From the NCBI GenBank assembly GCA_051891035.1, contig JBJFET010000139.1, forward strand, positions 4,678 through 68,677: DNA of 64,000 nucleotides, read 5' to 3'. Source of the DNA: Succinivibrio sp. (GTDB lineage Bacteria; Pseudomonadota; Gammaproteobacteria; Enterobacterales; Succinivibrionaceae). The position numbers and the translations under genes are program-made. Below are positions 8,425 through 18,422 of this stretch, one piece after another; positions within the stretch are counted from its first letter, which is position 1, and each line of letters begins with the position of its first letter. Below the pieces are notes generated by a model. It was not told where the DNA came from. It saw only the letters and a list, made by a program, of their open reading frames with translations, and ran no database searches.

Positions 8425-11073
8425 ATGAAACTCAAAAGAATCGCTCTGTTCAAGAAACTTGACAAGACCGCCTATCAGGCGCTGGAGAGTGCAACAGTTC
8501 TGTGTAAAACCAGGGGCAATCCCTATGTGGAACTTGCACATTTTATCAATCAGATCCTGATGGGAAACAACACTGATCTGCATCAGATAATCAGTTCATT
8601 CTCAATTGATGCTGGCAGATTATCAGAAGATCTGATTGAATCTATGGATTCTCTTCCAAGAGGAGCTAGCTCCATTGAGGATTTCTCATCCGATATTGAG
8701 CAGACAATCAAAGAGGCCTGGATGATCTGTTCACTGGTCTGTTCAGAATCTCTTATCAGAACCGGTCATCTGATAGCTGCGCTAAAGCAGAATGCGGAGC
8801 TGTCAAGAAAACTGCATCAGATTTCACCTGAGTTCAAGAAGATCAATGCTGATCTTCTGGTGGACAATTTTGCAAATATTGTAAAAAACTCTGATGAGAC
8901 ATCAGTAAAGGCTGATAGTGCAAGTGCTACAGGTCAGGCAACAAAGATGCTTTCAGAGCCTGCAATGGGCAAAGGTGAGGCCTTATCTCTTTATACACAG
9001 GATTTAACTCAGAAAGCTCTTGACGGAAAAATAGACAGCATTGTGGGCCGTGATGAGGAAATCAGAAAAATCATAGATATTCTTCTGCGTCGCAGACAGA
9101 ACAATCCTATTCTTACAGGTGAGGCCGGCGTAGGAAAGACAGCTGTAGTTGAGGGCTTTGCCTGCCGTCTTGCAAATGGTGATGTTCCTGATTGTCTAAA
9201 AGGTTCAAAGCTTCTGTCACTTGATATAGGTCTTCTGCAGGCAGGAGCCTCAATGAAGGGCGAATTTGAAAACCGTTTAAAGCAGGTTATTGAAGAGGTG
9301 CAGCATTCAGATACACCAATCATTCTCTTTATTGATGAAGCCCATACTCTTGTAGGTGCAGGAGGACAGGCCGGTCAGAATGATGCGGCAAATCTCTTAA
9401 AACCTGCGCTTGCTCGCGGTCAGTTACGCTGTGTTGCAGCTACAACATGGAAAGAGTATGTAAAGTATTTTGAAAAAGATCCTGCCTTATCAAGACGCTT
9501 TGAAAAGATCCTAGTTGATGAGCCTGATGATGACAGGGCTGTGCAGATGATGCGCGGTATGGTTGGCGCTCTGCACAAGTATCATGGAGTTACGGTTCTT
9601 GATGAGGCGCTGTCAGCTGCCGTGTCTCTGTCAAGACGATACATCCCTTCAAGACAGTTGCCTGACAAGGCCGTATCAGTACTTGATACTGCCTGCGCAA
9701 AAGTTTCACTGTCACAGAGTTCAGAACCTTATGCCATTGAGTATCTAAGGCGCAAGCTTGAGTCACTTAAAATTGAGCAGGATATTCTTCAAAAAGAGGA
9801 TGCAACAGGCTTTGATGCCGGAGAAAAACTTGAAAAAGTCAATGAAATGATCGGGCAGACACAGAAGTCTTTGGATGACCTCAATGAGCTGCACGAGAAG
9901 ATCAAAGAGAAGGCAAAAGAGTATATTGAGAAGCGTGATGCCTTTGCAGAAAGTGAAGATAAAAGCGAGCAGGATGAAAAGCGCAAAGAGCTTATGGAGC
10001 TTAGAGCTTCTTTAAACGAGCTTCAGGGTGAGAGTCCGATGTTTTTACCTGAGGTTGATGCACAGGCGGTAGCTACAGTTATCTCTGAGTGGACAGGTAT
10101 TCCACTTGGCAAGATGGTAAAAGATGAGATCAAATCAGTCCTCTCTCTGGCAGATATCATGAAGCAGAGAGTGATTGGTCAGGATCATTCACTTGACCTT
10201 ATTGCAAAGCGCATAACCACAGCAAGAGCATCACTAGGTGATCCGAACAAGCCTATTGCAGTTATCATGCTGGCCGGACCTTCTGGTGTGGGTAAGACAG
10301 AAACTGCGCTGACTCTTGCAGAGACTCTCTACGGTTCAGAGAAGAATCTTATCACCATTAACATGAGTGAATTCCAGGAAGCCCATACTGTTTCAACTCT
10401 CAAGGGTGCGCCTCCAGGATATGTAGGTTATGGTGAAGGTGGTGTTCTGACCGAGGCAGTACGCAGAAAACCATATAGTGTAGTGCTCCTTGATGAGGTT
10501 GAAAAAGCGCACAAAGACGTTCATGAGCTGTTCTTCCAGGTCTTTGACAAAGGACAGATGGAAGATGGTGAGGGCAGACTTATCAATTTCAGGAACACAG
10601 TGATTATTCTCACCACAAACGTGGGTGACAATGAGATTATGGCTCTGTGTCAGGATGAGAGCAATCTGCCAGGTGTTGATACTCTTGAACAAGCTGCAAG
10701 ACCTGCAATGTACAAGGTATTCCCTGCAGCTCTGATTGGACGCATGAGCATAGTTCCATACTATCCTTTATCAACTAAGAGTCTGAATCATATTATTGAT
10801 CTCAAGCTTTCTAAGATTGTAAAGAGAGTAAAGGAGAACTATGGAGCAGACTTCAGCTTTACTCAGGCACTGCGTGATGAGATTATTGCAAGATGCAATA
10901 ATATTGCATCAGGCGCACGTATGATTGATGCTATTATCAGCAATGATCTGCTTCCTGAAATCAGTTCTCAGTTCCTTGAGAAGACCATGAATGGAAGAAA
11001 GATCATCTCAGTACAGGCAGACTGCAGTGAGCACAAGTTCACCTACAGTTTTGAAGATGAGGCTTCATCATAG
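8425..11073 (+). CDS. tssH: T6SS AAA+ ATPase ClpV (TssH)
   Basis: LLRRRQNNPILTGEAGVGKT, second Walker A GPSGVGKT, LDEVEKAH, ClpV-type N-terminus (RGNPYVELAH). Confidence 0.98.
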   Translation: MKLKRIALFKKLDKTAYQALESATVLCKTRGNPYVELAHFINQILMGNNTDLHQIISSFSIDAGRLSEDLIESMDSLPRGASSIEDFSSDIEQTIKEAWMICSLVCSESLIRTGHLIAALKQNAELSRKLHQISPEFKKINADLLVDNFANIVKNSDETSVKADSASATGQATKMLSEPAMGKGEALSLYTQDLTQKALDGKIDSIVGRDEEIRKIIDILLRRRQNNPILTGEAGVGKTAVVEGFACRLANGDVPDCLKGSKLLSLDIGLLQAGASMKGEFENRLKQVIEEVQHSDTPIILFIDEAHTLVGAGGQAGQNDAANLLKPALARGQLRCVAATTWKEYVKYFEKDPALSRRFEKILVDEPDDDRAVQMMRGMVGALHKYHGVTVLDEALSAAVSLSRRYIPSRQLPDKAVSVLDTACAKVSLSQSSEPYAIEYLRRKLESLKIEQDILQKEDATGFDAGEKLEKVNEMIGQTQKSLDDLNELHEKIKEKAKEYIEKRDAFAESEDKSEQDEKRKELMELRASLNELQGESPMFLPEVDAQAVATVISEWTGIPLGKMVKDEIKSVLSLADIMKQRVIGQDHSLDLIAKRITTARASLGDPNKPIAVIMLAGPSGVGKTETALTLAETLYGSEKNLITINMSEFQEAHTVSTLKGAPPGYVGYGEGGVLTEAVRRKPYSVVLLDEVEKAHKDVHELFFQVFDKGQMEDGEGRLINFRNTVIILTTNVGDNEIMALCQDESNLPGVDTLEQAARPAMYKVFPAALIGRMSIVPYYPLSTKSLNHIIDLKLSKIVKRVKENYGADFSFTQALRDEIIARCNNIASGARMIDAIISNDLLPEISSQFLEKTMNGRKIISVQADCSEHKFTYSFEDEASS

Positions 11074-11094
11074 CAGGTGACTATTTGACAGAAG

Positions 11095-11117
11095 GGTATC
11101 AGCCTCTGGCTGATACC
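11095..11117 (+). other. Intergenic stem-loop immediately 5' of the tssJ RBS
   Basis: ggtatcagcc-tct-ggctgatacc perfect 10-bp stem, no U-tract, directly followed by aagga. Confidence 0.6.
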
Positions 11118-11126
11118 TAAGGATAG

Positions 11127-11750
11127 ATGATGATAAAGAATTACATATGGATGGGTGTGCTATCGGTGATACTTTCAGGATGTGGAAGCTCATATCCGAA
11201 GTTTGACATTGAGGTCAGCCCGTCAACAGCTTTAGTAAAAAAATACGGCTATTATCCGTCTGTAGAGGTGGATGTGGCAGGTCTGTCTGAATCAGATGCA
11301 GTCAAATTCTCATCCTATCCTGTAGATAAGTATTTTGAGGATAACTCTGGGCTTAGGGCATATCTTGAGCCTTACACCATGCATTTCTCTCAGGAGGATC
11401 TGAAAACCAAGGTTCTAGATCCTGACAATGAGGCATTTGCAAGGATCATGGAAAAAGAACCTGTTTATCTTGTTCTGATTGCCAATCTGCCATATGCAGA
11501 CAAGGAGAGCAAAACACTTGATCCTAGAAAATATATATTAAGAATCGAAGACGGCTTCTTCTCATCACAAAGCGACCTGTACATTAAGATCGGAGCGACA
11601 GGTCTTATCAAAACAACAAAGCGGGAAGCTATCAAGGATAGTCCTTCATCATTAGAGTCAGAAAATCAGCCTGTTAATATTTCGCTCAGGTGTACAGGAC
11701 AGAAGAACAGCAAGGATCTATCCTGCAAGACTATGAAGAATAAGGAATAA
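11127..11750 (+). CDS. tssJ: T6SS outer-membrane lipoprotein, TssJ-like (divergent)
   Basis: Lipobox ILSGC; PSVEVDVAG; position directly before tssK-tssL-tssM. Confidence 0.65.
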   Translation: MMIKNYIWMGVLSVILSGCGSSYPKFDIEVSPSTALVKKYGYYPSVEVDVAGLSESDAVKFSSYPVDKYFEDNSGLRAYLEPYTMHFSQEDLKTKVLDPDNEAFARIMEKEPVYLVLIANLPYADKESKTLDPRKYILRIEDGFFSSQSDLYIKIGATGLIKTTKREAIKDSPSSLESENQPVNISLRCTGQKNSKDLSCKTMKNKE

Positions 11751-11755
11751 CAAAT

Positions 11756-13138
11756 ATGAAATATCCACAGTATGTTCACTGGTCAGAAGGTCAGTTTCTG
11801 CAGCCGCATCATTTCCAGCAGATGCAGAGATCACTGCTAAAGACCATCTATTCGGAAAGATCCTTATATTCTCCATATACAGAAGGGCTTATTGGCATTG
11901 ATATTGACACTGATGCACTAAGAGCAAACCGAGTGGTGATCAGAAAGTTAGATGCCATTATGCCAGATGGAGCAGGTATAAGTTTTCCTGGCAACTGTAC
12001 AATTGATCCGCTTACCATACAGTTTGATGCAAGCATGATTGACAGTTCACTAACTGTATATCTTTGTGTACCAAACTATCTTCCTGACGAACCTAATCTG
12101 ACTCAGAACGGCAATAAGAATTACGGGCGATATGATGTTCATGCACTTGAGGTTGCTGACGAGAACACCGGAGTGAATGTAACAACAGTTGTCACAAGAA
12201 AGATAAACACCAGATTGACAACCGATACTAAGGCCGTGTCTGACTGCACAGTGCTTCCTGTTTTAAAGCTCAACTGGGTAAGGCTTGAAAATAACGAGCA
12301 TTATCTTGAGGTGGACAGCAAGTATCTGCCACCGTATGTGGTTCTAGATGAGAATAGCATGCTTTATACAATGCTGAGAGAATTTGTATTTGAACTCAAA
12401 TCCTACAAGAGCAAGATCCTCTCTGACATTGAGGCAGAGGGTTTTGATCCGAACATTATTACGGGTACCGGCTTTTTAAGACTTATGCAGCTGCAGCAGC
12501 TTAACATCAGCATTACAGATTTGAATTCGCTGCTTCTGCCACAGAGGGTAAGTCCATTTGCGATTTATCTGAAACTTGCAGAGTTTCTCTCAGCTCTCAA
12601 GGCATTCTTCCCGCTGTCAGATTCAAGTGAGATAAGAAACTATGATCATTATGATCTGTACAGTGTATTTAAAGATCTTCTCTTTGGTATCAGATCGCTT
12701 CTGACATCACAGGGTAAGGCTGAGTGCATGGAGATTGAGTTTACAGTGAATGATACTGCTCAGTGTCTGTGTGCAAATCTTGAAGATGAGCATATTGTCA
12801 AGGCTAAGGATTACTATATTGCACTACGTGGCAATCTTGAGTGGAAGAACCTGATTGATGATATCGAGACAGGTGACAACTTCAGAGTTATGGATTTAGG
12901 ATCAAAAGACAGCCGAATCCGCGGTCTTAAGCTGAGCTATGTTCGTTTCCCTCCAAGATATCTGCCAGTATCAGGTTCAGATACAGTGTTCTTCAAGATC
13001 ATGAGAGACGAGTCTCCAAGAATATGGAGATATATCGTTGAAGATCACCAGATGGTGATTGATTTTGCTCAGAGCATGTTCGGAAAATTCAATGCCAAGC
13101 TGTATGTGGCCATTGTTGATGATGAGTCTGTGGAGTAA
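11756..13138 (+). CDS. tssK: T6SS baseplate TssK
   Basis: VHWSEGQFLQPHHFQQ, AIMPDG, YLPP, PPRYLP. Confidence 0.95.
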   Translation: MKYPQYVHWSEGQFLQPHHFQQMQRSLLKTIYSERSLYSPYTEGLIGIDIDTDALRANRVVIRKLDAIMPDGAGISFPGNCTIDPLTIQFDASMIDSSLTVYLCVPNYLPDEPNLTQNGNKNYGRYDVHALEVADENTGVNVTTVVTRKINTRLTTDTKAVSDCTVLPVLKLNWVRLENNEHYLEVDSKYLPPYVVLDENSMLYTMLREFVFELKSYKSKILSDIEAEGFDPNIITGTGFLRLMQLQQLNISITDLNSLLLPQRVSPFAIYLKLAEFLSALKAFFPLSDSSEIRNYDHYDLYSVFKDLLFGIRSLLTSQGKAECMEIEFTVNDTAQCLCANLEDEHIVKAKDYYIALRGNLEWKNLIDDIETGDNFRVMDLGSKDSRIRGLKLSYVRFPPRYLPVSGSDTVFFKIMRDESPRIWRYIVEDHQMVIDFAQSMFGKFNAKLYVAIVDDESVE

Positions 13139-13140
13139 TT

Positions 13141-13902
13141 ATGGCAATCAGCGCACTTCATGAGTTAATCCGTCCGGTTCTGTTATGTGTCAGTGACTAC
13201 TATCTGTACAAGAAGCATGGTGTAGAGGAGCAGAAAAGCAATGTGGTGACAAGACTGCAGTCTCTATTTTCAGAAATACACCGCAAGGTAGAAGCTGACG
13301 ATTTTCTAAGAAGAGATTATCAGCTTATAGAAAAGCCTTTGGTTTTCTTTGTGGATTATTTTATCAAAGAGAGTGGCTTCTCCTTTTCAAGAGATTATGA
13401 GCCGATGGCCAGAATGTACAACGAGCTTTCGGGTGACGACAAGTTCTTTGACATACTTGATTCATATCTTAAAAACGAAAATACCTCAAAGGATGTTATA
13501 GAGACCTTCTATCTGATGTTAGGTCTTGGTTTTGACGGAGCCTTCAAAAGAGAACCTAAAGATGTGATCCCTTATATACACAACTGCAGGGACAGAATAG
13601 ACTGTGCAGTGGATTTCAAGACTGATTATATAACACCTCTGGTACAGCCTAATGACAATGAAATCAAAGAAAGCGGCAAGAATGAGGTCAGAAGTTTTCT
13701 GCTTAAAAAGAATTTTCTCTTCATTCTTGTGGCAGTAACAGTACTAAGCCTTGTAATAAATCTTGCAAGTGTTCATAAAAACGTAAACAAATTTAACGAG
13801 ATCCTTGAGCAGACAGTAGATGCTGCATCGCCTTACCTTAATATGTCAGCAGAAATAGAGGCAAGAGAGGATCTTGGAAAAAGCAAAGCTGATGCGGAAT
13901 AG
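13141..13902 (+). CDS. tssL: T6SS membrane protein TssL (DotU), no OmpA domain
   Basis: PLVFFVD, GDDKFFDILD, ETFYLMLGLGFDG, one C-terminal TM helix. Confidence 0.9.
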   Translation: MAISALHELIRPVLLCVSDYYLYKKHGVEEQKSNVVTRLQSLFSEIHRKVEADDFLRRDYQLIEKPLVFFVDYFIKESGFSFSRDYEPMARMYNELSGDDKFFDILDSYLKNENTSKDVIETFYLMLGLGFDGAFKREPKDVIPYIHNCRDRIDCAVDFKTDYITPLVQPNDNEIKESGKNEVRSFLLKKNFLFILVAVTVLSLVINLASVHKNVNKFNEILEQTVDAASPYLNMSAEIEAREDLGKSKADAE

Positions 13903-13907
13903 CTAAT

Positions 13908-16900
13908 ATGGAAAACAATACTCAAATGGCTGAAAACCTAGGTAGCAGTCTTCTTGACAGTACAACAGGCATTATCCTGCTGGCACTGATTATTATCATT
14001 TCGCTTGTGATTGTGTATTTTCTTTTCAAGAGGATCAAATTCAAGCATGACATCAGCAAGGAGCGCCGATCCTTAAAAGAAGATCTCATGATCTGGTCTA
14101 GTCTTGCAAATCTTGTGGCAGGAGGAAAGAAGCGCAAGAAAGGCAAAGAGGATCTGACAGCAGATGTAAAGATTGTCAGAATGATCTTTGATTCAGCGCT
14201 CTCTCTAATCAGAGCTAAGTGCTATAAAAAGCTGAAGACCCCATGGGTTGTTATTTTAGGTGAGCCTTTATCGGGCAAAAGTTCAATATTAGCAAACAGT
14301 TCATTAGGATGTGACCTTTCTCGTCGTGAGCTTGATGCTAATGATGAGGAGTGTCTGCACTTTTTTGTAAACAGAAATACCGTATTTCTGGATGTGAAGG
14401 GAAAAACCTTTTTTGACACATGGCTTGGAGGATCATCGGCACAGTGGGAAGTTATCTGTGAACAGATAAAAAAATACCATCATTCAAAGCCACTATCAGG
14501 AGTAGTTCTTACCATTCCTGCAGATGCACTTATAGCAGATGACAGAGAGCTTACAGTTAAGAAGGCAAATCTTATTGCATCCGAGCTTCACAAATTAAGT
14601 TCAGTGCTGTGCATGAATCTTCCATGCAAGGTTGTAATCACCAAGAGTGACTGCATATTAGGATTCAGGGAATTTTTCTCTAATCTGTCACAGTCTCAGC
14701 GTGAGCAGGTGGTGGGAATTGATCTGACAACAGAGGATGGCTTCTTTTCAGAAGAGGACTTTTTAGAGAAGTGGACAGATTTTGTTTCAAGACTCAAGAA
14801 TGGAGCTGTAGCGCTGATGTCATCAAAAGAGGTGACAGACAGAAGTTTCAACGGAGGAAACAGACTTGACAAATCTGCCTACATATACTCATTTCCTGAG
14901 CATATAGATGCCATCGGTCAGTCTTTAGAGCTTTATCTTAAAACCATTTTTGAAAAGACATCATCATTCAGACCAAATCTGATAGATGGCGTCTATTTTG
15001 TCTCCTCAGTTGATCAGGGCATAAGCTTATCACCTGGTTTTGCCTCACTTCAGGGCAAGTCTGTTGATGAGGCTCTGATTGTTGATTCAGACAAGAGTTC
15101 GAAGAAATCATATTTTATCAAGCAGCTGTTTTTGAATCTCATACATGGCATGGATTCAAATGCTGTATTTACAAAGCGTGAAAGACTCATAAGAAATATA
15201 CCTATAGTGACACTCTATACGGTTTTATGCGCACTTAGCATCAACTACATATCAGGCGCGCTGATGGGAAGGACTCTCATCTATGACAGACTGCATTCTG
15301 ATCTTGTGTACTTCAAGAGTCTGAAGAGCATGTTTGAGAATAACTACATTGTCAATTCTCCTCTTATTGATGTGGATGAGTCAGGTCACGGCTATAACCG
15401 ATTCAATGATTTCATGGAAGGAAATTTAAGAAGTAGCAGAATAAACTTCTTCACCGAGGCAAAAGCAAGGCTTCTAAATACCAAGTCACTTCCTATTATC
15501 TATTTCCCATCCTCATATCTTATGGGAGATTTCAATAATATCTGTGAGGATGAGAGAAACACCATTTACAATCAGATCCTGATAAACATGGTGTATTCGC
15601 CTGCAACCTCAAGTTTTGCACTTGATCTGTTAAGACGAGAAGATCTGTTTACAGAAAAGAAGGCAGATGCCCTGCTGTCTTTTATGTATCTTTCTGTTGC
15701 AAGAAGTGCTGATGATGTAAAGGGAATCGAGATCCTTGAGGACAGTGTTGAGAAGATCCTTGCCTATCAGTATCCAGATATCTCTCCAAAGCTTTTAGCA
15801 CAGATAACTGATATGAAAAGCGGTGATGATGACTATGCCAAGGCTGCAGCAACTCAGATCCTGCTTGATCCGAATTACGCACCTGCTGTCAATCACGGTA
15901 TCAAAATGCTGATGGGGCAGTTCTCAAGAGTAGAGGCCTATCCTGAGTCAAGATATCAGCTTATCAAAAAGAATCTTCAGGACGGCTACAGTCTGTCACG
16001 CACATATATCAAGCTAATGAACTATGATTATGCGTATTCTGATGAAAAGTCAGATGATGAATATATCAAGGAGTATCGTGTACTGCAGCAGGCAGTTCAC
16101 AATGCTGTTGTGACAGCAGAAAATCTTGATTCTACAGGAGGAATGTTCCTGCAGGATTATTCATCTCCTGTAAGTGCCTTATCTGCAAAAGAAGGTGAGT
16201 CTGAGAGTATTACTCTGCAAAGACAGCTTTTAGTCAACATAGCTCACAAGAACTACACCGATATTGTGCTTTCTGATTTTGAGTCATTTGACAATTATGT
16301 TTCAATCAGCGATTCAACTGGTACGGATATGGTTGAGAGTGTGGTTCTGCCTACAGATGTCTACACTGCAAAAAACACTACCATAGCGGCGCTTGAGAGA
16401 GACAAGCAGAATATCTATGATCTGATGGAGACAGTCAATCTGACAAGAGTTTTTGATAAGGTCGCAGGTGATCCTACCGGTAAAAAACTCAATTACCAGC
16501 TTGCAAATGAGCTTATGAGCATTGCTGATACCACAGATATCAGAGGAAAACTTGAAAAGACATCTGATTTTGTAGAGCGATTCAATACACTCAATACTAT
16601 TTTCAAGAACCGAAATATCGCACTTGATAATTTCCAGAAGAGAGTAGCTCAGATGCCTAATCTTGCAAAACTGGCATCTTCAATTTCTGACTATCTGGTA
16701 TTTGCAGAATTCACCTCAAAGATGATCCTGACAAAACAGCTGCTGTCTTTATATCCTGACACACAGTCAAGAACATCCAATCTTGCAAAGTTAGGCGATT
16801 TAATCAGCCAATCAGATGACAGAGAGTACGAGAAGATTCTCTCACCTGATGTTGCAAGAGAATCATTAGGATATTTTGAAATTGATGATCAGTTCTCTCC

Positions 16901-18335
16901 ATCAGCTGTAAGGGACTACATAAATCCGGTTGCAGTACTTGAGAACTTCAGAAATGTAAAGATCGAGGATGGCAAGGAGAAAACCCCTTTATCTCAGGCA
17001 AATGCAGCCTTTGCAAATTACCTGTCAAAGAACGCAAGAGCAGTATCTGTAACTCAGACAGTAGGAGATTATGCAGACAGATTTGTAAACTACTGGGCAA
17101 CATTTGCAGATACACTAAAGCCATATGAGAGTGATTATCAGTCATTCCATGAGTTTGCCCTCAACAGCAAATCATATCTTATAAATACTCAGCTTCTTGA
17201 TATTTATAACTTCTCATATGATCTGCTCTCATCGGTAAACGATGATTCAGTCTTCTCAAAGACCAAGAACACCAGGAAATACGCACTCAAGGTCATTGAT
17301 GACAGGCGCAAAACACTGTCTTTGAACTTCACTCAGGCCTGCACCAATGTTCTAAATGCCTGGGCAATGCTTCCTGAGGATGCGCTAAAGGCCAACCGTT
17401 ATGTAAGTGCCCTTGACAAAAAGTCTGTAAGAAACGACTACACTCTGGTTCGCAATCTTTCAGATGCAAAGGGAAACATTCCTTGGTGGACCTCATTTGT
17501 AAATCTTGGAACCACACTGCTAAAGTCTGAAGCATCATATCAGACAGCTGCAGGATTAGAGGCTTTCCAGAACAGACTGTATTACTTCCCTGTGCTGAAA
17601 GATGCTTCAACAGATACCATGACTCTTGATATTGATGATATGCCGGTACTCAACCGTGAACTCAAATCATATGGTATTGTCAAAGAGAAGGAGAAAAATG
17701 AACCTGGTACAGAAAAGATTGAGATGGCTGCAGATGAGAGCGTTGATAATCTTCAGGATCCGCTTTTAAACAATGTAATGGCAGGACGTCAGGATGTACG
17801 TACCTGGGCAGGCTCTGTAAGCAGGATCCTATCTGATCTAGGAGACCGAAAGAATCGTACAGTTGCAAAACTGAGTATCCCTGATATCGGTGCACAGGAA
17901 GAACTGATAAAGCAGAGTGGCATCGGTCTTCCAAATGCATCATTCTTCTTCAGATACGTAAGCATATCTTCTGATGACAAAAAGTCTGAGCGTTTTAGTA
18001 CAGTTGTAGAAAATGTGCAAAAGAGTGATCCAAGAGTCATTTATGAAAATGACGTAAATGGAGCTAATTTTGTCATAAGTCTGTATCGTTACTCTGATGC
18101 TAAGCTACCTGATGTTACCTACAAAGTTGCAGGAAACTATGCGGCAATCAGAATGTATCTTGATGAAAAGGCGGTATATTCAGAAAAAGAGCACTGCTCA
18201 TATGTTCCTGTAGTGGTAAAGAACCGCATGGGTGATAAGAGTGTACTGTTTATAAAGGTAGAGTTTAACAAGGAGCTTTTAAGACCTGATGAATGGCCTG
18301 ATTCTGAGAACTGGCCTTCAATTACTGCCTTTTAG
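13908..18335 (+). CDS. tssM: T6SS membrane core TssM (IcmF), long and divergent
   Basis: N-terminal TM, PWVVILGEPLSGKS Walker A, PLSGVVLTIPAD, VVITKSDCILGFREFF, DGVYFVS, second TM, large periplasmic part. Confidence 0.9.
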   Translation: MENNTQMAENLGSSLLDSTTGIILLALIIIISLVIVYFLFKRIKFKHDISKERRSLKEDLMIWSSLANLVAGGKKRKKGKEDLTADVKIVRMIFDSALSLIRAKCYKKLKTPWVVILGEPLSGKSSILANSSLGCDLSRRELDANDEECLHFFVNRNTVFLDVKGKTFFDTWLGGSSAQWEVICEQIKKYHHSKPLSGVVLTIPADALIADDRELTVKKANLIASELHKLSSVLCMNLPCKVVITKSDCILGFREFFSNLSQSQREQVVGIDLTTEDGFFSEEDFLEKWTDFVSRLKNGAVALMSSKEVTDRSFNGGNRLDKSAYIYSFPEHIDAIGQSLELYLKTIFEKTSSFRPNLIDGVYFVSSVDQGISLSPGFASLQGKSVDEALIVDSDKSSKKSYFIKQLFLNLIHGMDSNAVFTKRERLIRNIPIVTLYTVLCALSINYISGALMGRTLIYDRLHSDLVYFKSLKSMFENNYIVNSPLIDVDESGHGYNRFNDFMEGNLRSSRINFFTEAKARLLNTKSLPIIYFPSSYLMGDFNNICEDERNTIYNQILINMVYSPATSSFALDLLRREDLFTEKKADALLSFMYLSVARSADDVKGIEILEDSVEKILAYQYPDISPKLLAQITDMKSGDDDYAKAAATQILLDPNYAPAVNHGIKMLMGQFSRVEAYPESRYQLIKKNLQDGYSLSRTYIKLMNYDYAYSDEKSDDEYIKEYRVLQQAVHNAVVTAENLDSTGGMFLQDYSSPVSALSAKEGESESITLQRQLLVNIAHKNYTDIVLSDFESFDNYVSISDSTGTDMVESVVLPTDVYTAKNTTIAALERDKQNIYDLMETVNLTRVFDKVAGDPTGKKLNYQLANELMSIADTTDIRGKLEKTSDFVERFNTLNTIFKNRNIALDNFQKRVAQMPNLAKLASSISDYLVFAEFTSKMILTKQLLSLYPDTQSRTSNLAKLGDLISQSDDREYEKILSPDVARESLGYFEIDDQFSPSAVRDYINPVAVLENFRNVKIEDGKEKTPLSQANAAFANYLSKNARAVSVTQTVGDYADRFVNYWATFADTLKPYESDYQSFHEFALNSKSYLINTQLLDIYNFSYDLLSSVNDDSVFSKTKNTRKYALKVIDDRRKTLSLNFTQACTNVLNAWAMLPEDALKANRYVSALDKKSVRNDYTLVRNLSDAKGNIPWWTSFVNLGTTLLKSEASYQTAAGLEAFQNRLYYFPVLKDASTDTMTLDIDDMPVLNRELKSYGIVKEKEKNEPGTEKIEMAADESVDNLQDPLLNNVMAGRQDVRTWAGSVSRILSDLGDRKNRTVAKLSIPDIGAQEELIKQSGIGLPNASFFFRYVSISSDDKKSERFSTVVENVQKSDPRVIYENDVNGANFVISLYRYSDAKLPDVTYKVAGNYAAIRMYLDEKAVYSEKEHCSYVPVVVKNRMGDKSVLFIKVEFNKELLRPDEWPDSENWPSITAF

Positions 18336-18422
18336 GAAGTAATTTTACTGCACAATTGCAATTGACCACTGTGATCTGTTCGGGCATCTATGGATGAAAC
18401 AGTGGTTTACAGGAGAAATAAG

